Shown here: piece by piece, positions 37,001 through 46,409 of the stretch
How the letters are laid out: each line of letters starts with the position of its first letter
How positions within the stretch are numbered: position 1 is the first letter of the stretch
DNA from: an uncultured Eubacteriales bacterium
GTDB lineage: Bacteria; Bacillota; Clostridia; Oscillospirales; CAG-272
DNA length: 64,000 nt
Reading direction: 5' to 3'
Assembly: GCA_900545935.1 (NCBI GenBank)
Contig: URAP01000001.1
Coordinates: 65,064-129,063, forward strand
Program-made: the position numbers and the translations under genes
Notes under the pieces: generated by a model
What the model saw: the letters and a program-made list of their open reading frames with translations, nothing else
What the model was told of the DNA's origin: nothing
Database searches by the model: none

Positions 37001-37084
37001 TACGAATAGAATAGGATAGACACACATTGCATAGCCTATGCCCGAACCGATAACGCGGTCAGGCGAAAAAGGAGGCGAGAGAGC

Positions 37085-37420
37085 ATGTCCGATGCTGCCG
37101 ATAAAAAGATGATCCCCGCTTCGTCGGAGCGATCAGCCGCACAGACGAACACCGCCGAAACGTATCATCCCACAAGGCGCTGCGAGGGCTGCGGAGAGCG
37201 CCGCCCGAAGCATGAGCTGCTGCGCGCGGTGAAGGATGCCGACGGAAATCTGTCGCTCGATATAAGCTGCAAGGCGCAATCGAGAGGCGCATACATCTGC
37301 CGCTCTGAGAGCTGTCTTAAAAAGGCGCTGAAAAACGGTCGCATGGCACGCCGACTGACCGCTCAGGCAACCGATGAATTCCGCGAATCGGTGACACGGA
37401 TGCTCGAAAACAATGAATAA
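37085..37420 (+). CDS. ylxR: YlxR/RnpM-family (DUF448) RNA-binding protein
   Basis: RRCEGCGERRPKHELLR and GRGAYIC-like (SRGAYIC) motifs. Conserved position between nusA and infB. Confidence 0.8.
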   Translation: MSDAADKKMIPASSERSAAQTNTAETYHPTRRCEGCGERRPKHELLRAVKDADGNLSLDISCKAQSRGAYICRSESCLKKALKNGRMARRLTAQATDEFRESVTRMLENNE

Positions 37421-37835
37421 AAAAGCCGACATCATCGAAAAGAACGCCGCCACTGCTCCCGGCGACGAGAGAGCTATCACAAAGCTCTGCGGAATGCTCG
37501 GTCTTGCGAAAAAAGCCGGCGCGCTGATAGCGGGCGCCGAGCTTTCGCTCGAGGCGGCAAAGTCCGGCAGAACGGACGCGCTGCTGCTCGCCTCGGATGC
37601 CGCGCACAACACAACGAACAAGGTCGCACGCGGCTGCCGCGCATACGGCGCTGAGCTGTATATGCTCCCCATCGACAAGGAGCGGCTCGGCGACTGCATC
37701 GGACGGCATAGCGCCGTCGGTGCCGCCGCACTGACAGATCCGAATTTCGGACGCGTTATTTATGCAATGTGCAAAAGCGTTGATCCTATAATTTATACAG
37801 CAAACAAGCAAATCACAACACAGGAGGTAGAATAG
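37413..37835 (+). CDS. L7Ae/L30e-family protein (YlxQ-like)
   Basis: [15 protein letters not shown] segment. Conserved operon position. 8-nt overlap with ylxR. Confidence 0.7.
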   Translation: MNKKADIIEKNAATAPGDERAITKLCGMLGLAKKAGALIAGAELSLEAAKSGRTDALLLASDAAHNTTNKVARGCRAYGAELYMLPIDKERLGDCIGRHSAVGAAALTDPNFGRVIYAMCKSVDPIIYTANKQITTQEVE

Positions 37836-37839
37836 ATAT

Positions 37840-40452
37840 ATGATATCAAGCCAGAAATACCGAATCAACAGCCTCGCAAAGGACCTCGGACTCAAGAGCA
37901 AGCAGCTCGCGGGAATTCTGCCCGGAGGTGACGCAGGCATCACACATCAGCTCTCCCCCGACGAGTTCGGATATGTCATTGACACGCTGACCGCATCCGC
38001 ACATGAGGTCAGCATCGACGACTACATCGGCGGCAAGCTCGATCTCAATCTGCCCGCACGCAAGACCGCAGCCGAAAAGCCCGCAAAGAGCGACGACAAG
38101 GCATCCGATAAGAGCGGCTCTCGGGAGCACAAGTCGGGCGCGGAGCAAAAGGTCGAGCAGAATAACGACAAGTCACAGCAGAAGAAGAGCGACGCCGAGC
38201 GCGCAAAGGAAAGAGAGCGCGCAAAGGCAGCAGCCGAAAAGGCTGCGGAAAAGCGCGTTCAGCACGGACAGAGCGAGCGCATGCAGCAGCTCCGCGAAGC
38301 CCCCCGCCCCGATGCTATCGCGGCAAAGGCAAATTCAAAGATGAAGCAGAACCTTATGCGTCAGAATCAGCAGCGCCAGCAGAAGCTTACTCAGCAGAAT
38401 CAGATGATGCAGCGCAGCGCGACGACCGAGGAACAGGGTAAGATTCTCACCGAGCCGACAGCATCTGCAAAGAAAACAAGAATCGTCGATACACGCACAT
38501 CGTCTGTCGATCTCTCTCGCTACGACGAAAAGCTCGACCGCTTCGTTTCCGAGAACAGCTCAAAGAAGCAGAGCGGCGCAGGCGACAACAGAGGTAAAAA
38601 TACACACCGTCCTATGGGCAGAAACGCATACGGCACACACGGCGGCAAGAATAGGATCGGTGCGGATAAACGCGGGAAAAAGCAGCAGGATGTCGCTCCC
38701 AAGCAGCCGCTTGAGATAACTATCCCCGAAACCATTTCGGTTCGCGATCTTGCGGCGAGACTTAAGGTCACTGCGGCAGAGGTTATCAAGAGACTTATGA
38801 GTGCCGGCGTTATGGCTAACGTCACCGAGGTCATCGACTTCGATACCGCTCTGTATGTTGCCGAGGATATCGGTGCAAAGGCGACCAAGGAGGTCGTCGT
38901 CACCATCGAGGATCGCCTCTTCGATGATACCGAGGACAGCGACAACGAGCTCATCGAGCGCGCGCCCGTCGTTGTCGTTATGGGTCACGTCGACCACGGT
39001 AAGACCTCGCTGCTCGATAAGATCAGAAATGCAAACGTCACCGCAGGCGAGGCAGGCGGAATCACTCAGCATATCGGTGCTTACCGCGTAAATATTCACG
39101 GTAAGGACATTACATTCCTTGATACCCCCGGTCACGCAGCATTTACGGCAATGCGCGCACGCGGTGCCAAGGCGACGGATATAGCCATCATCGTCGTAGC
39201 CGCCGACGACGGTATCATGCCCCAGACAATCGAGGCTATCAACCACGCAAAGGATGCCGGACTTGAGATAATCGTCGCCATCAACAAGATGGATAAGCCC
39301 GGTGCAAAGCCCGACAATGTTCTTCAGGAGCTGACAAAGTATGAGCTCGTTCCCGAGGAGTGGGGCGGAGACGTTATGTGCGTACCGGTTTCGGCTCATA
39401 CCGGAATGGGCATAGATACCCTGCTCGAGGATATCCTCCTCATCGCAGAGGTCAAGGAATACAAGGCTAACCCGAATCGCCGCGCAAAGGGTACCGTCAT
39501 CGAGGCTAAGCTCGATAAGGGTCGCGGACCTGTTGCGACTGTCCTCGTTCAGAACGGCACGCTCAATATAGGCGATGTTGTTATCGCAGGCACCGCAGTC
39601 GGACGTGTACGCGCTATGATCGACGATAAGGCTCGTAATGTAAAGGACGCAGGGCCGTCCGTACCTGTCGAGATAATCGGTCTCGACGAGGTTCCCGCAG
39701 CCGGAGACGAGTTCAACGCTGTTGAAAACGAGCGCATGGCTCGCGAGCTTGCAGAGCAGCGTAAATCCCGTGAGAAGGAAGCATCCTTCAAGTCGAATGC
39801 GACTGTCAGCCTCGACGATCTGTTTGCTCAGATATCAGAGGGTGCTAAGGAGCTCAAGATCATCGTCAAGGCGGATGTCGGCGGCTCTGCCGAGGCCGTA
39901 AAGAGTTCGCTTGAAAAGCTGTCGAATGATGAAGTTAAGGTCAAGGTTATTCACTCCGCGGTCGGTGGAATCACCGAGGGTGATGTAATGTTCGCATCGG
40001 CTTCAAATGCCATTATCGTAGGCTTTAATGTACGTCCCGACAAAAACGCTCTCGATACCGCAGAGCGTCAGAAGGTCGATATACGTACCTATCGCATAAT
40101 CTACGAATGCATTGAAGAGATTCAGGCGGCTATGAAGGGTATGCTTGCTCCGAAGTTCAAGGAAAATCTGCTCGGACACGCAGAGGTCCGTCAGGCTATC
40201 CACGTACCGAACATCGGAACGATTGCAGGCTCTTATATCCTCGACGGTAAGATCACAAGAAGCGCTCAGATACGTGTTGTACGCGACGGTATCGTTATAT
40301 TCGAGGATAAGATATCCTCACTGCGCCGCTTCAAGGATGATGTTCGTGAGGTCAACTCGGGCTACGAGTGCGGAGTAGGACTTGAGCGCTTCAACGACAT
40401 CAAGGAGGGCGACATTCTCGAGGCATTTGAGATGGTAGAGGTCGAGCAGTAA
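37840..40452 (+). CDS. infB: translation initiation factor IF-2
   Basis: GTPase motifs [21 protein letters not shown] and NKMD. Low-complexity Lys/Gln/Glu-rich N-terminus. RBS GGAGG upstream. Confidence 0.95.
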   Translation: MISSQKYRINSLAKDLGLKSKQLAGILPGGDAGITHQLSPDEFGYVIDTLTASAHEVSIDDYIGGKLDLNLPARKTAAEKPAKSDDKASDKSGSREHKSGAEQKVEQNNDKSQQKKSDAERAKERERAKAAAEKAAEKRVQHGQSERMQQLREAPRPDAIAAKANSKMKQNLMRQNQQRQQKLTQQNQMMQRSATTEEQGKILTEPTASAKKTRIVDTRTSSVDLSRYDEKLDRFVSENSSKKQSGAGDNRGKNTHRPMGRNAYGTHGGKNRIGADKRGKKQQDVAPKQPLEITIPETISVRDLAARLKVTAAEVIKRLMSAGVMANVTEVIDFDTALYVAEDIGAKATKEVVVTIEDRLFDDTEDSDNELIERAPVVVVMGHVDHGKTSLLDKIRNANVTAGEAGGITQHIGAYRVNIHGKDITFLDTPGHAAFTAMRARGAKATDIAIIVVAADDGIMPQTIEAINHAKDAGLEIIVAINKMDKPGAKPDNVLQELTKYELVPEEWGGDVMCVPVSAHTGMGIDTLLEDILLIAEVKEYKANPNRRAKGTVIEAKLDKGRGPVATVLVQNGTLNIGDVVIAGTAVGRVRAMIDDKARNVKDAGPSVPVEIIGLDEVPAAGDEFNAVENERMARELAEQRKSREKEASFKSNATVSLDDLFAQISEGAKELKIIVKADVGGSAEAVKSSLEKLSNDEVKVKVIHSAVGGITEGDVMFASASNAIIVGFNVRPDKNALDTAERQKVDIRTYRIIYECIEEIQAAMKGMLAPKFKENLLGHAEVRQAIHVPNIGTIAGSYILDGKITRSAQIRVVRDGIVIFEDKISSLRRFKDDVREVNSGYECGVGLERFNDIKEGDILEAFEMVEVEQ

Positions 40453-40581
40453 TTCTTCGTTCCTATGCCTATCCGATCGTCGGTATCCCGGCGATACAGT
40501 TAAAGATTTAGCTTGATATTAAGTCTTACACTGTCAGGTGCAGACGCGCCGACAGTACGGACTGTGTTATGTTTGCTGTTT

Positions 40582-40630
40582 AAAGCGGCTGTCGCATCTG
40601 GAGTACAAATGCGGCAGCCGCTTTTATATT
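40582..40630 (+). terminator. strong rho-independent terminator after infB
   Basis: 16-bp stem AAAGCGGCTGTCGCAT / ATGCGGCAGCCGCTTT, followed by a T-rich tract. Confidence 0.8.
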
Positions 40631-40858
40631 TAACTATTTTGATTAAGACATAATGATAATCGACAACAGAATAATTGAGCCGTTCAGCAGACTGTAAGCC
40701 GACTGATCGTAATTTGAGGATAAACACATCTGCATTTGCGGCGTTCGCCGTGTCATATGCAGGTGTATCACACTTCCCTGCTTCGGACAATGAGCAGCAG
40801 TTTGACTCCGCATTACCGTTATGAGCAGCTCATGTGCTCAGATGCAGTTGTCCATCAT

Positions 40859-40899
40859 TAAAAAAGCTCCCCGCCGTACCGAGGCGGTACAGCGGGGAG
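40859..40899 (-). terminator. rho-independent terminator after the feo operon
   Basis: Minus strand reads CTCCCCGCTGTACC gcctc GGTACGGCGGGGAG followed by CTTTTTT. Confidence 0.8.
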
Positions 40900-40909
40900 A
40901 ACAAAGAAA

Positions 40910-41086
40910 TTACCTTTTATCGCCGTGGCAGGAGCCGCCGAGCGCACAGTGTGCACAGTTGCCCCCGCAAGAGGATTTTCCCTTACGCTTATCACGAACG
41001 AGCTTAACGACTATCGCAGCGAGGATAGTAACGAGTACAACTGTAATTAAGATCGTACCGAGATTATCAACGATGAAATCAAGCAT
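40910..41086 (-). CDS. FeoB-associated Cys-rich small membrane protein (58 aa, below the ORF-track cutoff)
   Basis: My translation: MLDFIVDNLGTILITVVLVTILAAIVVKLVRDKRKGKSSCGGNCAHCALGGSCHGDKR. One TM helix plus a CGGxCxxC tail. It sits directly downstream of feoB and directly upstream of the terminator. Confidence 0.7.
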   Translation of the reverse strand: MLDFIVDNLGTILITVVLVTILAAIVVKLVRDKRKGKSSCGGNCAHCALGGSCHGDKR

Positions 41087-41127
41087 TTCGCATCATGCTC
41101 CTTTCGGTCGGAGACCGGATAATTCTT

Positions 41128-43626
41128 TTATTTTACCTTTTCGGTAAGGGTGTTTGCTTCTTTATACTTCTTGATGAAGAGCATATAGAGGATAGCGAGC
41201 AGAGCTATTACAGCGAAAATAAGTCCCACAACATTCAGATTGCCTGTGAAGGCATTTCCGAACTGGTTTATCATAAGCGCAATAACATATGCAAAGCCGC
41301 ACTGATATGCGATAGCGAACCAAGTCCACTTAGCGTTGTTCATCTCACGCTTTATAGCACCGATCGCTGCGAAGCAAGGTGCGCAAAGCAGATTGAATAC
41401 GAGGAACGAGTAGCCGGTGATTCCGGTGAATGCCTGACCGATAGCCTGCCAAACGGTGAGATCTCCGCCGCCGTAAAGAATACCGAGAGTACCGACGATA
41501 TTCTCCTTTGCAACAAGTCCGGTGATGGATGCAACAGCTGCCTGCCAGTTGCCCCAGCCGAGAGGTGCGAAGATAGGAGCGATAAAGCCGCCGATTTTAG
41601 CAAGGATGGAGAGCTCGATCTCGTCCTCAGAGAGCATTCTGAAGCCGGTGTCGGTGAAGCCGAAGTAGGTGGTGAACCAAACAAAGATAGTCGAGAGCAG
41701 GATTATTGTGCCTGCCTTCTTAATGAACGACCAGCCGCGCTCCCACATGGAACGGAGAACGTTGGAAACGGTAGGAAGGTGGTATGCGGGAAGCTCCATA
41801 ACGAACGGAGCGGGATCGCCGGCGAACATCTTGGTCTTCTTGAGCATGATACCCGAGATAACGATCGCAGCCATGCCTATGAAATATGCGCTTGTTGCGA
41901 CCCATGCAGAGCCGCCGAAGATCGCACCTGCTATCATGGAGATAAACGGTACCTTTGCTCCGCAGGGAATAAAGGTGGTGGTCATGATAGTCATACGGCG
42001 GTCGCGCTCATTCTCGATGGTACGCGATGCCATGATACCGGGAACACCGCATCCGGTGCCGATAAGCATAGGAATAAAGGACTTACCGGACAAACCGAAC
42101 TTACGGAATACACGGTCAAGGACGAATGCGATACGAGCCATGTAGCCGCATGCCTCGAGGAATGCAAGCATCAGGAAGAGTACGAGCATCTGAGGTACGA
42201 AGCCGAGGACGGCGCCGACACCCGCAACGATACCGTCGAGAATCAGACCGTTGAGCCAATCAGCAGCGCCTGCCTTTTCAAGTGCGTTGCCGATAAGAAC
42301 CGGGATACCGGGAATATAAGGACCGTAGTCGGCAGGATCGGGCTCATCAAAGCCGTTCTTTTTGAAGTATTCAACAGCGTCGAGATAAGAGATACCGATA
42401 GTGGACTTCTCATCCTCCTCGGAGAGATTGTCGGGAACCTTGTCGAAGTAAACGGTCATATCGGAGACCTCGAGTGTCTCCTCATCCTCTACCTCAACGG
42501 TAGCGGTCTCATCTGCCGACTTAACAGCCTCCATAGCTGCGAGAGCAGCATCGGCATCAAAGTCCTCAGCCTCTGTGTCAAGCTCATAGTAAGCGTTTAC
42601 GGCGTTCATAGCGTCGCTGTACTCGCCCGAAACATCCTCATAATCGGAGGAGCCGATTCCGAGGAGATACCAACCGTCGCCGAACACACCGTCATTTGCC
42701 CAGTCGGTCGCAGGTGCGCCGACACCGACCATTGCAACCCAATAAACGATGAACATAACGACCGCAAATATCGGCAGACCGAGGAAACGATTAGTAACGA
42801 TACGATCGATCTTATCGGAGGTGGAGAGCTTGCCTGCGCTCTTTTTCTTGTAGCAGGACTTGATCATCTCGGCGATATAGATATAGCGCTCGTTTGTAAT
42901 GATGCTCTCTGCGTCGTCGTCAAGCTCCTTCTCGGCAGCTGCAATATCGGACTCGATATGATTCTTAACGTCTGCGGGAATATTTAGTGTCTCGAGAACC
43001 TTTTCATCGCGCTCGAAAACCTTAATAGCGTACCAACGCTGCTGCTCCTCGGGCATATTATGTACAACTGCTTCTTCGATATGCGCGATTGCATGCTCGA
43101 CGGGTCCGGAGAATGTGTGCATAGGAATGGTTTTGCCGTTCTTAGCAGCGTCGATAGCAGCCTCTGCGGCATCTGTGATACCTGTTCCCTTCAGTGCCGA
43201 GATCTCAACTACCTTGCAGCCGAGCTGACGGGAAAGCTCGGAGATGTCGATCTTATCTCCGTTTTTCTTTACAACGTCCATCATGTTGACGGCAACTACA
43301 ACCGGAATACCGAGCTCGGTGAGCTGGGTGGTGAGGTAAAGGTTACGCTCAAGGTTCGTACCGTCGATGATGTTGAGTATTGCATCGGGGCGCTCGCCGA
43401 TAAGTACGTTTCTCGCTACGACCTCCTCAAGGGTGTAGGGCGAGAGCGAATATATACCGGGAAGGTCGGTGATAATTACACCCTCGTGCTTTTTCAGCTT
43501 ACCTTCCTTCTTTTCGACCGTAACGCCCGGCCAGTTACCGACGAACTGGTTTGAGCCCGTCAGGGCGTTAAAAAGTGTTGTTTTGCCGCAGTTAGGGTTT
43601 CCTGCAAGGGCAATTCTGATGTTCAT
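41128..43626 (-). CDS. feoB: ferrous iron transporter FeoB
   Basis: N-terminal G domain (GNPNCGKTTLFN, DLPG, NMMD) followed by a polytopic membrane domain. 832 aa, with a long insertion rich in Asp/Glu. Confidence 0.93.
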   Translation of the reverse strand: MNIRIALAGNPNCGKTTLFNALTGSNQFVGNWPGVTVEKKEGKLKKHEGVIITDLPGIYSLSPYTLEEVVARNVLIGERPDAILNIIDGTNLERNLYLTTQLTELGIPVVVAVNMMDVVKKNGDKIDISELSRQLGCKVVEISALKGTGITDAAEAAIDAAKNGKTIPMHTFSGPVEHAIAHIEEAVVHNMPEEQQRWYAIKVFERDEKVLETLNIPADVKNHIESDIAAAEKELDDDAESIITNERYIYIAEMIKSCYKKKSAGKLSTSDKIDRIVTNRFLGLPIFAVVMFIVYWVAMVGVGAPATDWANDGVFGDGWYLLGIGSSDYEDVSGEYSDAMNAVNAYYELDTEAEDFDADAALAAMEAVKSADETATVEVEDEETLEVSDMTVYFDKVPDNLSEEDEKSTIGISYLDAVEYFKKNGFDEPDPADYGPYIPGIPVLIGNALEKAGAADWLNGLILDGIVAGVGAVLGFVPQMLVLFLMLAFLEACGYMARIAFVLDRVFRKFGLSGKSFIPMLIGTGCGVPGIMASRTIENERDRRMTIMTTTFIPCGAKVPFISMIAGAIFGGSAWVATSAYFIGMAAIVISGIMLKKTKMFAGDPAPFVMELPAYHLPTVSNVLRSMWERGWSFIKKAGTIILLSTIFVWFTTYFGFTDTGFRMLSEDEIELSILAKIGGFIAPIFAPLGWGNWQAAVASITGLVAKENIVGTLGILYGGGDLTVWQAIGQAFTGITGYSFLVFNLLCAPCFAAIGAIKREMNNAKWTWFAIAYQCGFAYVIALMINQFGNAFTGNLNVVGLIFAVIALLAILYMLFIKKYKEANTLTEKVK

Positions 43627-43720
43627 CTTATTAATGCTTCCTTTCTGATCCTTCTGAATCTGCTCCGTCGGAGCTTTGAGCGGTCAATCCGACCGATTAT
43701 AACCTTGCGCAGGGCATGAA

Positions 43721-43945
43721 TTACAGCAGCTCGACCTCGATACGCTCGGCATCTGCCTTGCGCAGCGAAAGCTCATAGCCGCGGACGGTGATCTCGATCG
43801 GATCTCCGAGCGGCGCGACCTTACGGACGATAAGCTCTGTCCCCTTTGTAATACCCATGTCCATAATCCTACGCTTGATAGCTCCCTCTCCGGTGAGCTT
43901 TACGACCTTCGCGCTCTTTCCGAGCGGCAGTTCACGCAGTGTCAT
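43721..43945 (-). CDS. feoA: FeoA-family protein
   Basis: 74-aa SH3-like FeoA sequence (RRIMDMGITKGTELIV..APLGDPIEI). Confidence 0.85.
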   Translation of the reverse strand: MTLRELPLGKSAKVVKLTGEGAIKRRIMDMGITKGTELIVRKVAPLGDPIEITVRGYELSLRKADAERIEVELL

Positions 43946-43977
43946 TGCTTGTGTTCCTCCTATATGTAAATATAAAT

Positions 43978-44190
43978 TTAAACCATTATCTTTCGGGCAA
44001 GCTCGTCGCTTATCGCTACGCGCGATTCCTTGACCTTGACTATAACGTTTCCGCCGAGCATGCTTACAAGGCTTACCTCACCGCCGACCGTAAAGCCGAG
44101 ATCGGTAAGGTGCTTCTTCACCTCAGGCGTCCCGCCTATCTTCTTTACAATCTGAGGCTCGCCCATATCGGCAAGATTGAGTGGCATCAT
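43978..44190 (-). CDS. feoA: FeoA-family protein (second copy)
   Basis: LTDLGFTVGGEVSLVS..GGNVIVKV. Start set at ATG 44190, 9 nt after GAGGTG; the ORF-track start is the GTG inside the RBS. Confidence 0.85.
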   Translation of the reverse strand: MMPLNLADMGEPQIVKKIGGTPEVKKHLTDLGFTVGGEVSLVSMLGGNVIVKVKESRVAISDELARKIMV

Positions 44191-44219
44191 TAATTTCTTC
44201 ACCTCGCGACGATTGCTGC

Positions 44220-44276
44220 GTTAGCTGAGGCTAACATTGCATCATAAAAGTACGGTTAGTCCCGACTAACCGTACT
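44220..44276. promoter_or_regulatory. two inverted repeats sharing GTTAG/CTAAC half-sites (candidate DtxR-family operators)
   Basis: GTTAGC tgag GCTAAC at 44220-44235. AGTACGGTTAGTC cc GACTAACCGTACT (13-bp perfect arms) at 44249-44276, immediately downstream of the feoA -10 box. Confidence 0.55.
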
Positions 44277-44278
44277 AT

Positions 44279-44307
44279 ATTATAGTTATCATTGGCTAAC
44301 TTGTCAA
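44279..44307 (-). promoter_or_regulatory. consensus sigma-A promoter of the feoA-feoA-feoB operon (TTGACA-17 nt-TATAAT)
   Basis: Minus strand reads TTGACAagttagccaatgataacTATAAT. The spacer contains a further GTTAGC half-site. Confidence 0.65.
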
Positions 44308-44352
44308 GTGCTTTTATAGATTTTCAGTGGAATAATTTTTTACGAATCGTTC

Positions 44353-44381
44353 TTGATTTATCCGCTGCTTTGTGGTATGAT
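44353..44381 (+). promoter_or_regulatory. candidate promoter of the DtxR-family gene (TTGATT-17 nt-TATGAT)
   Basis: Read directly: TTGATTtatccgctgctttgtggTATGAT. Confidence 0.45.
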
Positions 44382-44434
44382 TATACAAAAGCAGAGACAA
44401 CATGCGCATCTTCGAAAGAAAGGTTGGTACCGCA

Positions 44435-44935
44435 ATGCCCATTCACGAGTCCCGAGAGATGTATCTCGAAACGATTTATATACTCTCACGCAAGACCGCA
44501 AAGCTGAGAGCGGTAAACATTGTTGACTATATGGGCTTTTCAAAGCCCTCTGTAAGCCGAGCGATAGGTATTCTCCGCCGCGGCGGATATATTACTGTAG
44601 ACGAAAACGGCTTTATAACGCTTACCGCAAGCGGCAAAGCGACCGCAGAGCATATCTACGAGCGCCACACAGTGCTCACCGAGATGCTGCTCGGTCTCGG
44701 AGTCGATAAGGAAACGGCAGTAAACGACGCATGCCGCATGGAGCACTATATAAGTGACAAGAGCTTTGACGCGATTAAGCGTCATCTCAGCAAAAACGGC
44801 GTAATACTTCCCGCTCTTCCGCATGATTCCACGATAGATGAGCCTGTCGGTGCATCTGCGGGCAGCGACGGCAGCGTCGAGCATCATACAGAAATAAAGA
44901 CCGCCAAAGCCAAGCGCGCCGGAAAGACGAAATAA
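44435..44935 (+). CDS. DtxR/MntR-family metal-dependent transcriptional regulator
   Basis: HESREMYLETIYIL start typical of the family, wHTH (VDYMGFSKPSVSRAIGILRRGGYI), and metal-site region (ERHTVLTEML...ACRMEHYIS). Start could alternatively be ATG 44402. Confidence 0.85.
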   Translation: MPIHESREMYLETIYILSRKTAKLRAVNIVDYMGFSKPSVSRAIGILRRGGYITVDENGFITLTASGKATAEHIYERHTVLTEMLLGLGVDKETAVNDACRMEHYISDKSFDAIKRHLSKNGVILPALPHDSTIDEPVGASAGSDGSVEHHTEIKTAKAKRAGKTK

Positions 44936-45013
44936 TTATAGTTGTTGATTGCTGTCAAAGTGTGAGCTGCCGATAATCGGGCAGCCGGATACTCAGAAAA
45001 ATATAATAATTTA

Positions 45014-45058
45014 AAATACCGAGAGAATGTTATTGCGAAATTCTCTCGGTATTTTCTA
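45014..45058 (+). terminator. rho-independent terminator after the DtxR-family gene
   Basis: AAATACCGAGAGAAT / ATTCTCTCGGTATTT followed by TTCT. Confidence 0.7.
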
Positions 45059-45159
45059 TACTATTGAATTACATATCACCGGCATTGCATGACAAAATAA
45101 CAATTCGGTCATTGCGCACTCTGGCAGAGTAATATCTCCGATTCTGCGAAACTATTCGA

Positions 45160-45190
45160 TAAAAAAAGAGACAGTCAAGCGACTGTCTCT
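45160..45190 (-). terminator. rho-independent terminator after the Gfo/Idh/MocA gene
   Basis: Minus strand reads AGAGACAGTC gctt GACTGTCTCT followed by TTTTTTT. Confidence 0.75.
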
Positions 45191-45255
45191 TGATATCCCG
45201 TATCAATAATATGCAATTATCGCCATTCAGGTACGGATGATTGTGAAATTGCCGA

Positions 45256-46329
45256 TTAAAGGAGAACTTCCTTACCGGTTCTTGCGGACTCATAGATACC
45301 GTCAAGGATCTTGATCATATCAAGCCCCTGCTGAGGTACATAGTCGGGAGCTCTGCCGTCAAGCAGAATCTCGGAGAAGTGACGGATAGCGCGGTCGTGA
45401 CCGTTGCCCATCTCGGGAAGCTCGGGCTTCTCGTCTACGAGCTGACCCTCTTCCTCGCCGAAGATCTTGACAGAGCCGTCGTCGCCCCATGTGAAGCCCG
45501 CCTTAGTACCGCGGAGCTCTACGAAGCGCTTCTCCTCCTCGATGTTCGATGCCCAGCTGAACTCGAACTGAAGGCAGGAGCCGTTATCAAAGCGGATGAA
45601 GCCCATTGCAAGGTCCTCAACGTCGAAGGTACCGTCTGCAACAGCCTCACCGAACTTAGAGTGCTCGGAATCGCTCTCAGCCTCATCGTTTGCAAACTTG
45701 GTGTAGGTGCAGCCCGAAACGGCAACGGGTGTGGGGTTGCCCATGAGCCAGATGGAGAGGTCGATCATGTGAACGCCGAGGTCGATCAGAGGACCGCCGC
45801 CCGAGCGAGCCTTAGTGGTGAACCAGCCGCCCTTGCCGGGGATGCCGCGGCGACGGATCCATCCGCAGCGCCCGCAGTAGATCTCGCCGCACTTGCCGTC
45901 GGCGATGTACTTCTTGAGGAACTGCGAGTTGGGGTAGTAACGGTTGTTGCGCATGCACATAAGGAGCTTGCCGTTCTTTTCGGAAGCATCCTTCATCTTC
46001 TTCTGCTCGGCAGCGTTGATAGCGTCGGGCTTCTCGCAGAATACGTTGATGCCGTGCTCGAGAGCATATACGGCGATAACGGAGTGCATATCGTTAGGAG
46101 TTGCAATATCGACAACATCGAGCTGCTCCTTCTCGATCATCTCCTTGTAGTCAACATATACCTTGATACCCTGATCCTCGATGTGCGTGCGCTTGATGTA
46201 CTCGTCGCACTTCTCGGGCTTGATATCACACATTGCGATAATGTCGGCGCGGGGGTTCTCTCTCCAGGAATCGGAGTGTACGTTACCCATACCGCCGAGA
46301 CCGACGATACCTACTCTGAGTCTTTCCAT
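45256..46329 (-). CDS. Gfo/Idh/MocA-family NAD(P)-dependent oxidoreductase
   Basis: N-terminal Rossmann segment LRVGIVGLGGMGNVH, EKP motif (VFCEKP), 357 aa. Confidence 0.85.
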   Translation of the reverse strand: MERLRVGIVGLGGMGNVHSDSWRENPRADIIAMCDIKPEKCDEYIKRTHIEDQGIKVYVDYKEMIEKEQLDVVDIATPNDMHSVIAVYALEHGINVFCEKPDAINAAEQKKMKDASEKNGKLLMCMRNNRYYPNSQFLKKYIADGKCGEIYCGRCGWIRRRGIPGKGGWFTTKARSGGGPLIDLGVHMIDLSIWLMGNPTPVAVSGCTYTKFANDEAESDSEHSKFGEAVADGTFDVEDLAMGFIRFDNGSCLQFEFSWASNIEEEKRFVELRGTKAGFTWGDDGSVKIFGEEEGQLVDEKPELPEMGNGHDRAIRHFSEILLDGRAPDYVPQQGLDMIKILDGIYESARTGKEVLL

Positions 46330-46409
46330 AATGAAAATATCCTTTCTTATACTGCAATAGAATTGCCTTTTTATATTATAACCGGCGATTGTGCTCGGAT
46401 ATAAACTTT

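Noticed and set aside
35948-37027. 359-aa minus-strand ORF
   Set aside because: It is antisense to nusA, whose S1/KH motifs are unambiguous. There is no RBS and the composition is implausible.
40500-40790. 96-aa minus-strand ORF after infB
   Set aside because: It runs straight through the infB terminator hairpin, has no RBS, and has no recognisable features.
41095-42987. 630-aa ORF on the plus strand
   Set aside because: It lies entirely antisense to feoB, whose frame carries unmistakable G-domain and membrane-domain motifs. The antisense translation is low-complexity (Asp/Cys/Gly/Leu-rich) with no motif, no RBS and no start context. It is a shadow ORF caused by codon bias.
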